From an uncultured virus (IMG/VR IMGVR_UViG_3300045999_010308) (taxonomy: Duplodnaviria; Heunggongvirae; Uroviricota; Caudoviricetes): 64,000 bases of DNA. The notes beneath the pieces are model-generated. The model did no database searches and was not told the DNA's origin. It saw nothing but the letters and a program-made list of their open reading frames with translations. Location: IMG/VR virus record IMGVR_UViG_3300045999_010308, positions 1-64,000 of that record, one strand, 5' to 3'. The position numbers and the translations under genes were made by a program. This document shows, piece by piece, positions 29,845 to 37,966 of this stretch. The number at the start of each line of letters is the position of its first letter. The first letter of the stretch is position 1.

Positions 29845-29873
29845 ATCCTATCAGGGACTCCTAAAATTGTCAA
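29845..29873 (-). promoter_or_regulatory. sigma70-type promoter for tRNA-like RNA
   Basis: TTGACA-17-TAGGAT; predicted +1 at ~29838. Confidence 0.65.
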
Positions 29874-29878
29874 TCCTA

Positions 29879-32746
29879 TCAGGTGCTTATATCCTGTAAA
29901 TAGCAATCAGAAAACGGAATTGTAAAAATGATCACAGACCCATTTAGAACAGTTTCTACCCTCAAAAGCCATTGATCGTCAAAAGTTACTTCTATAATTT
30001 TTCCGACCGCTCTCGGAGGGATAGTTCGCTCTCCTATCTGAATAGGTGCAGCCGTCCGCACTAATACCCTTTCTTTTTCAAGATCAGGTAAGTTATCGAT
30101 GTGTACACCATCAGCCGATAGCTCATCGACTGGTTCTGGTTCAATTTTTACTGTCTCAGGTTCTGATTTTGGCGTAGGAGTGGGAACCTGAATAACTTCC
30201 TCTTTTATCTCTGATTGATATTCCAGAGAATCTTCTATCTCAAAAGTTTCTACTACTTTTGGCTCTTGATAGTGCAACACCATACCCCTTGACTTAATTT
30301 CTAATCGTCCATAGCCAGCTTGCTCTAACTGAGTAAGTAGGGTACGGGCGATAGATGTATTTACTTTTTCCCCATTAATTTTACGCCCGCCGAATTTTTG
30401 GGCAACGTCCCGAGGTTTAATTTGACCTGCGCTTTTAACGATCTCCCAGATTTCGGATAAAATACCCTGTACTGGATTTTCGTCCTGAGACGTGACTCCC
30501 TGAATTGTCAAGAATTGACTGATATAGAAGTCGGTCATCTTAGCAGCTTTAATGGCTGTTTGTACAGGAATACTGTAAAGATTGGTATTATCTGGATCAA
30601 ATATCCAATTGAGAAGATGAATACTTAATGTAAGCCTTAAAAAGGTCTTCATTTGTTTTCCTAAGTAGGAAGCAAATGATGGATTAATCGCTCGATACTT
30701 CTTAATAAGTATCTCGTAATGGTACTTAATACCAAAGGCATAACTTTCTCCAATTTCGCTAAACCAGCAATTATGAGGATCGACAATCCCATCCTCATCG
30801 GCTTCTAGGCTAATTCCACTGATTTGATTGATAATATTTTCGATACACTCATCGATAGAATTAGGGTCTTCTGGCGGCTTACCAGGGCGAGGATCAAGAG
30901 GTTCGTGTAGCAAGAAAAGATACCGAGAAACCGCTCCGTCAACATCATTAGATAAATCAAGATATTTCCTAAGTTTGTCGACTTGTATCCCACCTAATTT
31001 ATTAAGTGTCTGTCCATCTAAATAGTATCGATTATCTTTGTTTACACGGTCAAAAGTATTTCGGATTGGTCCATTCCAATTGCTTAAATCTCGTTGCCGG
31101 TCATTCCCTTTACCACCTGATCGGTACTGATTTAATCCCTCGAAAAATCCCGATAGCTCATCATAGACGACTACCCCACCTTGCCAAGAAGGTTGTGAGG
31201 ACATCGTTTTTAAAATGCCATCAAGAGTCCCCTCGTCGTAAAACCACCGACGCGCCTGACAGTGTTCTTTTTCGTAAAGACGTGGGTTGATTTCAGCGTT
31301 TGTTTTGTTTGCCTTGCGATCTGATGCTGACATTTCTTGCCACGCAGCTTTTAGATCGTCTAGTGTGGATTGTTCCTTAGTAACTCTTTTCTGCTCGGCT
31401 AAATCTTTTCTTTTCAAAACCCGACAAACTTCGTTTTGAGTGAGAGTTTTTCCAGTAGAAACCCCGCCTAAGTCTGCACAATAGAAGATCGGGTATTCCT
31501 TCCAGCATTCCCTTTCTCTTGCAGTAGTTCGGAGGTTAATCGCAAACCGACTTCCTAAAATAGCTCCTAGTATTGGCCATAAAGAATGCAGTAATCTGAT
31601 TGGGGGTTGATTCAAAGTTTTGGCACGGGATATAATCGCTTCGGCTAAAGGTTTGGGAAGTATCTCAAAAAGATCAATCTCTTTTTTCTGGTAATGCTTA
31701 CCTTTCAGGAACCCTTCTAATCCTGATTTAATAGCGTCCCCTTCTGCTATTTCTGTTTTACGGATTTCAATTAAATGTCGTATTTCTGCTGGTTTTTTAC
31801 CAGTGGCTTTTGCCCACAGATCGACTTTTTCTTGCCATTGAGTTCGGGTAATTTCGTCTTGACCAATACAGCCGTCAATAGCTGTTATTAGGTCTTGAAA
31901 AGTCATCGTTTCTGTTACCGTGACTTCTTTTTCTTTGCTCTCTTTTATTTCTTTTGGCTTATCAACTATTGAAGTTAATAATGTATCGAGAGTTACCTTC
32001 TTTTCTTCAATCCAATTGATAATATCTACCCCTTGAGATTCTGGCAAGTGATCCCATAAAGGAGAATCTGGATAGGCATAAAGCCATTTTGCATCGGGGA
32101 AATCTTGATAAATTTTCTGGCAGTGAGACACTCCCCCTTTGTCACGATCAGGACATAAAACCAGATTTGCTCCCTTTAAAGCTTCTGTGTGAAGCGGCTG
32201 CCATTTCTTTGATCCGCCTATATTACAAGTGGCAACTAATCCCAGAGATTCAAGCTTTTCTACTTTAGCCTCACCCTCAACTACAAATACCCGGGTTCCT
32301 TCCTTAATAGCCTTTTCCAGCCGATCTTGACGGTAAAGAGGTATATCTTTGTACTCAATATCACCTAGTCCCCATTTCCAATTTTTACCATTATCTGTAG
32401 AATGCTGCTGCTTGATATCCTTTTTCCAGATACCATTCTCTTGATAGTCCTTCCGGTACACACGGATTTTCAAGCCACTGGCAAGAGGGGGATAAAGGGA
32501 GTATTGAGTTTTTTCTGTTTTGTAGTCGGAAAATTTGACTTCTTTCTTGAGATAGTAGAGCGGTGTACCCTCACTATCTACGTTGCTCGATTTTTCCCAT
32601 CCTGGTGCAGGGTCGTAGTTTCGCTTGCATACCGAGAGTAGATTGCCGTCCTGGGCTGTGTACATATAGCACCAATCAGGCTTGCCACAGTGGGGACAAG
32701 GATTGTTTTTATCGATCTTGACACGGTTAGAGTTTTGTGTTACCAT
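29879..32746 (-). CDS. primase-helicase fusion (Zn-binding + TOPRIM + DUF3987-like P-loop domain)
   Basis: CPHCGKPDWC, VVEGE..., PDRD..G, GGVSTGKT, YDELSG. Confidence 0.85.
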   Translation of the reverse strand: MVTQNSNRVKIDKNNPCPHCGKPDWCYMYTAQDGNLLSVCKRNYDPAPGWEKSSNVDSEGTPLYYLKKEVKFSDYKTEKTQYSLYPPLASGLKIRVYRKDYQENGIWKKDIKQQHSTDNGKNWKWGLGDIEYKDIPLYRQDRLEKAIKEGTRVFVVEGEAKVEKLESLGLVATCNIGGSKKWQPLHTEALKGANLVLCPDRDKGGVSHCQKIYQDFPDAKWLYAYPDSPLWDHLPESQGVDIINWIEEKKVTLDTLLTSIVDKPKEIKESKEKEVTVTETMTFQDLITAIDGCIGQDEITRTQWQEKVDLWAKATGKKPAEIRHLIEIRKTEIAEGDAIKSGLEGFLKGKHYQKKEIDLFEILPKPLAEAIISRAKTLNQPPIRLLHSLWPILGAILGSRFAINLRTTARERECWKEYPIFYCADLGGVSTGKTLTQNEVCRVLKRKDLAEQKRVTKEQSTLDDLKAAWQEMSASDRKANKTNAEINPRLYEKEHCQARRWFYDEGTLDGILKTMSSQPSWQGGVVVYDELSGFFEGLNQYRSGGKGNDRQRDLSNWNGPIRNTFDRVNKDNRYYLDGQTLNKLGGIQVDKLRKYLDLSNDVDGAVSRYLFLLHEPLDPRPGKPPEDPNSIDECIENIINQISGISLEADEDGIVDPHNCWFSEIGESYAFGIKYHYEILIKKYRAINPSFASYLGKQMKTFLRLTLSIHLLNWIFDPDNTNLYSIPVQTAIKAAKMTDFYISQFLTIQGVTSQDENPVQGILSEIWEIVKSAGQIKPRDVAQKFGGRKINGEKVNTSIARTLLTQLEQAGYGRLEIKSRGMVLHYQEPKVVETFEIEDSLEYQSEIKEEVIQVPTPTPKSEPETVKIEPEPVDELSADGVHIDNLPDLEKERVLVRTAAPIQIGERTIPPRAVGKIIEVTFDDQWLLRVETVLNGSVIIFTIPFSDCYLQDIST

Positions 32747-32917
32747 AGTTTCTATATGAAAAGTGTTTGTTTACACGACCCGCCTCTGAGCGGGTTTTTT
32801 GTTGGGTAGTTGGGTAGATGGGTAGGAGGGAGCAAATCAAGGTATTTACTATCCTAGCAGAATTTTCTTGATCGGTAAATACTACACTTGCACTACACCT
32901 GTAAATCCTTGCTACGC

Positions 32918-33142
32918 TTAGGTTTTAGATTTATGCAAAGAGTTGTAAAACGCAGCTTCGCCTTCTTTTCTGGCATTGAGTTCGGTGTCAATGGGGATAA
33001 AAAGGTAAGATTTTAGTGCAATTTCAAATACTTCTTGGGTCTTTAGGTCTAAAACCTCGGCCCTTTGACAAATTTCAGCCCATAGCTCTCGTTTTACCCG
33101 GATCGAAACAACTTTTATTGGGGCATCTTGATTGGCGGACAT
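32918..33142 (-). CDS. ribbon-helix-helix-like small regulator divergent from repressor
   Basis: VVSIRV..ELW.EI...A RHH-like pattern. Confidence 0.55.
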   Translation of the reverse strand: MSANQDAPIKVVSIRVKRELWAEICQRAEVLDLKTQEVFEIALKSYLFIPIDTELNARKEGEAAFYNSLHKSKT

Positions 33143-33193
33143 AGTTCAATCTACAGAATTTTCTATATTGTAGCATAAAAGTTGAGATTGGTT

Positions 33194-33226
33194 GCAAGTT
33201 TTTTGTAAGTTTTTTGTAAGTTTTTT
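33194..33226. repeat. three phased 11-bp repeats G(C/T)AAGTTTTTT in the divergent control region
   Basis: 33194, 33205, 33216; reverse-complement pair at 37611-37632. Confidence 0.7.
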
Positions 33227-33270
33227 ACAGGGTAGTGTAAGATAAGGGTATCTTATCAAAATACACTTTT

Positions 33271-33876
33271 ATGGCTACACCACGATTCAATAGCGACGGA
33301 TCACCCCGGAAACGAGTAAAAAGTTCGGCCCTGTCAGAAAAAGGGATAAGTAGAATGTCTGATACTATTAAAGCGAAAAGAATAGGTCTAGGTATGACCC
33401 AAGCCGAATTTACCGAGTGGATACTAAAAGAAGGCCGGCGATTGGGATTACCTGGCACAGAATTTTCTGGGGGAGCGGTTCAAAACTGGGAGCTAAAAAA
33501 TATCGCTAGTTGCCCTGATCTAGGGAATATGCGATTACTAGCTGCTGTATTTGGACTTGATACAGATTCTTTTGTGAATTATCTTAATGGCGATTGGCTA
33601 ACAATTCAGGATTTTCTAAAAGATCCAATCAATCAAAAAAAGGATTGTGTTAAAAATCCTAATTTAGTTCCCGAACTTTTTCAGGAAGCTGATACTCAAG
33701 TTAAAGCAAAGCTTGTAATTAAAGAAGTTGAGTCTCTTTACTCAAAGCTAGATGAGTTACAGAAGATGATTAAAGAGATTGATCTAGAAGATGTGAAAGC
33801 TTTTCTGTGTTCCGCCCCAAAAGATTTACAGAAAGAAGTTTACCAATATTTACAGGAGAAACTAATCGGAGCATAA
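33271..33876 (+). CDS. XRE-family HTH repressor
   Basis: IKAKR..LGMTQAEF...AVQNWE....P....M..LA..F. Confidence 0.8.
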   Translation: MATPRFNSDGSPRKRVKSSALSEKGISRMSDTIKAKRIGLGMTQAEFTEWILKEGRRLGLPGTEFSGGAVQNWELKNIASCPDLGNMRLLAAVFGLDTDSFVNYLNGDWLTIQDFLKDPINQKKDCVKNPNLVPELFQEADTQVKAKLVIKEVESLYSKLDELQKMIKEIDLEDVKAFLCSAPKDLQKEVYQYLQEKLIGA

Positions 33877-33880
33877 CAGA

Positions 33881-33911
33881 AAAAAAACAGAGGGTTAACC
33901 CTCTGTTTTTT
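33881..33911. terminator. bidirectional intrinsic terminator
   Basis: perfect palindrome AAAAAACAGAGGGTTAACCCTCTGTTTTTT between convergent genes. Confidence 0.8.
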
Positions 33912-33920
33912 ATTTGAGAT

Positions 33921-34280
33921 TTATTGAAACATATCATTTGTTGCTTGATATGTTCTAACTGGAGTAAATCCTTCTTTATCTTTTCGGTTAATTCCATAAT
34001 CACTTAAGTACGGACCGTAAAGGGGAATACTTTCTAAATGTCTATAATAATCCTCTAAGTTCCATCGGCTGCCATCAGAAAATACATAAATTGTATATCC
34101 GTAAACTATTTCAATTTTTTCTAGACTCCCAAGTATTCTTTTTGAATGAATACTTCTAAAAATCTTTTTTTCTGCCCGTTTTTTTTCTTGTTCTATTTTT
34201 TCTGGACTCAGTTGTACGGGGTCAAGCTGAGGCCACTCTGTGTCACGAGAAGGACAATCTGAAAAGACGAAAAAAGACAT
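33921..34280 (-). CDS. hypothetical protein
   Basis: ORF with AGGAG RBS. Confidence 0.55.
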   Translation of the reverse strand: MSFFVFSDCPSRDTEWPQLDPVQLSPEKIEQEKKRAEKKIFRSIHSKRILGSLEKIEIVYGYTIYVFSDGSRWNLEDYYRHLESIPLYGPYLSDYGINRKDKEGFTPVRTYQATNDMFQ

Positions 34281-34332
34281 AATACTCCTAATTGTTTTGA
34301 TTTTTAGTTGATAACTGATAGCTAATTTTAAA

Positions 34333-34563
34333 CTAATCTAACTTAGATAGTAAAGCTTCAATTGTTTTTAGCCCATTCCCCGCCGCTACACATCCGTCTT
34401 GAGAAGCTAAAAGCGACAAATCTACAAGTATTAATTCAAAAAAGACTGTTTTTTCTTCTTTACTAGCAAAGAGAAAAACTAAATCACCGACTACATCTGT
34501 TAGTTTTTCGGCCATTAGTGAAGTCTGTGTAGGATCGCTGTAATAGTCAATTTTTTGGCTCAT
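34333..34563 (-). CDS. hypothetical protein
   Basis: ORF in operon. Confidence 0.5.
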   Translation of the reverse strand: MSQKIDYYSDPTQTSLMAEKLTDVVGDLVFLFASKEEKTVFFELILVDLSLLASQDGCVAAGNGLKTIEALLSKLD

Positions 34564-34615
34564 TGTTTTTCTCTGATTTATTTAGTAATTTTCTACTGAT
34601 AACTGACAACTAATC

Positions 34616-35677
34616 CTAACTTAATCTCTCTACAAAATCAATGACTTTTTCCCATAACTCTTTGGGAAAGTCCACACTCATTGTATCATCATCTGTTTGC
34701 CTCGCATTCCCTTCGGTTGCTAAAGTCATTAGTAGATATTTAACTTCTTTAGCTTTCGGAGTAAGCTTAATTGGTTTTGGCTCTGTTTCGTCGCTAGGTT
34801 TTACACTCTCATCAGAGTCTAAAAAGGTTGGATTTTTAGACTCTATAAAGTTGGCTGTTACCGATTCGACTAATTCCCCAGTGGCTTTTATCCCTTTTTC
34901 TTCTGCTATAGCTACAGTCTCTAAAAGAACACTTTCTTTCTCCGAGAGTGTTAGTTCATTTTTCCTCACAAGATTGTGTAAAGTCGTTTCCGATACTTTA
35001 CCTTCGATTGCTTTTAATGTCGGACTAGACATCGAGGAAATCTCTAAAGTTCGGTTATAGTCCGATTTTTTCCATCCTGTTTTTTCACAAAACTGTTGGC
35101 AGGACTGTTCTTCAGTTAAGCCACCTAATCTGTCCTCATGTAGATGTCTTTTGATCAGTTTTGCTTTATCGTACACCGATAGTTTTTCGCTGTCAGTGCC
35201 GTAGGAAAGCATTTGATACTCTAAATCACGGACGGTCAGACCTGATGCTAGAGGCTTAATAATTGCCAAAACATTAGGAACAATAATCTCTTGAGAGGCT
35301 AAAAGCAACCAAGCCAAGACCCTCCGATGCCCGTCCATAGGAAACAATCTATCGCCGTCGGCGACTAAATGTAAAGGTTGATAAATTGTTCCCGATGCTA
35401 GTATTTTATCGGCTAGTTCCTGAATTAGCTCCAAATCGTAGGTAACGCGGGTATTCCATCCGTTTTCTCCTGAGATAGCCTCGATTAAATCGAGGCTAAA
35501 GGTTAAATGGGTTTCGCTAGGTAAGACGCGCATTTTGCCGTCGTCATGAAGCCCTATTCTTGGTCCGATAAAGTCACCGTTAGCTAATCTAAAAGAAATT
35601 AGCTGGGGATCGACTACGATTAACTCTCCTCTTGCAGACCCATAAGTTCTGATTTTGTCTCTTGATTTTGCGCTCAT
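34616..35677 (-). CDS. ParB/Srx-like N-terminal domain protein
   Basis: WNTR...IQELADKI...G.IYQPL...DGHRR. Confidence 0.75.
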   Translation of the reverse strand: MSAKSRDKIRTYGSARGELIVVDPQLISFRLANGDFIGPRIGLHDDGKMRVLPSETHLTFSLDLIEAISGENGWNTRVTYDLELIQELADKILASGTIYQPLHLVADGDRLFPMDGHRRVLAWLLLASQEIIVPNVLAIIKPLASGLTVRDLEYQMLSYGTDSEKLSVYDKAKLIKRHLHEDRLGGLTEEQSCQQFCEKTGWKKSDYNRTLEISSMSSPTLKAIEGKVSETTLHNLVRKNELTLSEKESVLLETVAIAEEKGIKATGELVESVTANFIESKNPTFLDSDESVKPSDETEPKPIKLTPKAKEVKYLLMTLATEGNARQTDDDTMSVDFPKELWEKVIDFVERLS

Positions 35678-35738
35678 ATGGCTTACCCCTGTTTTAGGTT
35701 ATTTTTAGTTGTTTTTTACTTTATTTATGGCTCTAATA

Positions 35739-36167
35739 TTAGAGACTAGATTTATCGTCATCGCTCTTTACAGAATAGCTAGAAGCTATAACAAGAGATT
35801 GCAGAAAAAGACAATAGTTTTCTTTGAGAAGTTTAGGTATTGCTACACCTGTTAAAATCGAAAAGATAAACTGGAATATAGCAATTTTAAAATGCCAAAA
35901 ACATCCTGCTTCCCTATCTGAATCAGCGTCAATAAATGCACCGCTTAAAAGTGCATCTATGTCGTCTGCTTTGATTGCAATGTCATGAAAATCTTTTAGG
36001 ATTGTCGATACAAAGGGTTTTTTTGTTTTTATTAAGTGCTTAATGTATTGTTTAGCTTCAGTTGGTAACTCATCATAACTTAAATCAACTAAGAGATTCA
36101 GAATGTATTGTTTAGCTTCAGTTGGTAACTCATCATAACTTAAATCAACTAAGAAATTCAGATTCAT
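35739..36167 (-). CDS. hypothetical protein with 20-aa N-terminal duplication
   Basis: 60-bp near-perfect tandem repeat at ~36042-36162. Confidence 0.55.
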   Translation of the reverse strand: MNLNFLVDLSYDELPTEAKQYILNLLVDLSYDELPTEAKQYIKHLIKTKKPFVSTILKDFHDIAIKADDIDALLSGAFIDADSDREAGCFWHFKIAIFQFIFSILTGVAIPKLLKENYCLFLQSLVIASSYSVKSDDDKSSL

Positions 36168-36246
36168 TTAATACTCCTTAATTTCTATTTTTAGATTTTT
36201 TAGTTTTTCAGGTCTTTATAGGTTGCTGATAACTGACAACTAACTA

Positions 36247-37239
36247 TTAAAAATCTTCACTGAGGAGTTCACCAGGATCAATAATTTCACTGCAAACTTC
36301 TATTACTGGCTTTGTCCTTGCGTCTATAGCTTTTTTCAGGAGGTCGGCTAATTCTTTTTCAGAGGTTGCTTGTTGGGCGATTTGCTCTGCTTGTGATTGA
36401 GGTAATCCTTGATTTACAGCCCAAGCGATACCAGCTTTTTTACGATCATCTAGTAGTGATTGCGAAGGGTTAAACATTTTTACGTTTCCCGTTGACGCAG
36501 GAGTTAGAGTTCTGATAGGTTCTACATTTCCCGTAAATTGCTGAAAAGCTTTTGTTTCGATTATTTGCAATACTTGAGAAGCACTATTAGGGTGAACACG
36601 GATCGATAAAAGACTAAAAGTCTTTCGTCCCCTTTTTCCGTCTGGTAAGGGATAAGATAGCTCTCTTGACCCGCGTTCTAATAGAAAAGGGATACCAATC
36701 AAACTACCAGCCGATGTTTCAATAGCTAGTAGTTGCTCTGTTAGTCCGATAATATCCCACTTTGAATGGGTTTCGACTTCAAAGTATCCTAGCTCACCTA
36801 ATTTAGGCAAGACAACTTGTAATCGACCGACTTGCTTGCATTTACACCCTGAATAGCTTCCGTCAGGGTTTTGTTGACGTTTGCACGGGATAGGATTAGT
36901 GGCAATCATTTTGCCAGCTTGTTGGTAGATATGTTGCTTTTCTTCGTCACAACGAGAAACTAATCCCGTAGCTCCCCAATCTTCCATCCAACAAGGAAAT
37001 ACTTGATCTGTATAAGGAAAAGGTAATAAGCAATCTAATTGCTTTGGTTCTTTCCCGTAAATAGCGGTAAATTTTTCGTTGATTCCTTGAATATCAGAAT
37101 CAATGCGAAAATATTCTAAATCATCTCCGCTTATTAGAGTGCCAGGTCTTTTAGGGTTTTCTTTTTTTTCTCCCCCTTTGCGAATTTTCCCTAATAAAGG
37201 GAATCGGGCCTGCCTTGTTGTCAAAGATTTTATAGGCAT
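36247..37239 (-). CDS. Gp3-like/recombination-directionality-factor-like protein
   Basis: RFP.LGKIRKG.EK...DLEYFR, C.CKQVGRL.V.LP.L...G...VETHS. Confidence 0.65.
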   Translation of the reverse strand: MPIKSLTTRQARFPLLGKIRKGGEKKENPKRPGTLISGDDLEYFRIDSDIQGINEKFTAIYGKEPKQLDCLLPFPYTDQVFPCWMEDWGATGLVSRCDEEKQHIYQQAGKMIATNPIPCKRQQNPDGSYSGCKCKQVGRLQVVLPKLGELGYFEVETHSKWDIIGLTEQLLAIETSAGSLIGIPFLLERGSRELSYPLPDGKRGRKTFSLLSIRVHPNSASQVLQIIETKAFQQFTGNVEPIRTLTPASTGNVKMFNPSQSLLDDRKKAGIAWAVNQGLPQSQAEQIAQQATSEKELADLLKKAIDARTKPVIEVCSEIIDPGELLSEDF

Positions 37240-37250
37240 TGTTTTTACTC

Positions 37251-37544
37251 CTAAAACGGAAGGTTACTCTGTAATTCAGAATAAATAGATGATGGAAACT
37301 CATCTATTTCTTTACCAGCAAAATATTTAGTAACACTGGGGCAAACGACGCTGTGAGCCTCTGTTATTTCTTGCAGTTTCGACATAACTACTTGCTGTGC
37401 TTGATTTAAAAGAAATTCATAGCAAGCGTCAGGATATTCGTCGTCTTCTGGTTTTCCGTGAATATTTAGGGAGATACTCACAGACTCAAAATTACCAAGG
37501 TTGACTTTCTGAGTGTAATCTACCGAGATATGGGTGATAAGCAT
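37251..37544 (-). CDS. hypothetical protein
   Basis: KVNLGNFES motif common in phage proteins; promoter TTGACA-17-TAAGAT at 37571-37599. Confidence 0.6.
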   Translation of the reverse strand: MLITHISVDYTQKVNLGNFESVSISLNIHGKPEDDEYPDACYEFLLNQAQQVVMSKLQEITEAHSVVCPSVTKYFAGKEIDEFPSSIYSELQSNLPF

Positions 37545-37677
37545 CTCTCCTCTAAAATTTGATTAATACAATCTTATAGTAAATTGCTAGAATTGTCAAG
37601 CATTTTTTAAAAAAAACTTGCAAAAAACTTACAAAAAGATAATAGTACAAAAAAACTAAGTTATTATCGTTAATAAA

Positions 37678-37917
37678 TTGTAGATAAGGGTATCTACAAT
37701 GGAACTATTGATATATATAGGTTTCAGGCTTTGTTGATGTTGTTAACGCTATCCCCCAATATTGTTTTTCTTACACTCTTACTGTTGAGGCTGTCTTCCC
37801 CCTTTACCCCATTTTCTTTTTTTCCCCTATAAAGCATCAACGGTATCAACAAACCTTAAAACCTAGTCAGGTTAAAGGTTTCGATTGTTAATAAGGTTAT
37901 TAACAATCGAATTACAA
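37678..37917. repeat. ~240-bp quasi-palindromic non-coding element, copy 1
   Basis: colinear imperfect match to 48501-48739; perfect 15-bp-arm inverted repeat at 37880-37911. Confidence 0.8.
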
Positions 37918-37966
37918 AAGAACAGTAGATATACTTAGCATATTTAAATTAAATGCTGCTATCTGC

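Noticed and set aside
34616..35677. Complete ParABS partition system
   Set aside because: No ParA in the window and no defensible parS; only a ParB-like N-terminal domain is supported
37880..37911. CGATTGTTA in the twin element as a second anti-repeat for array 1
   Set aside because: 9-nt match in AT-rich DNA, explained by the element's own palindrome and kilobases from the effector
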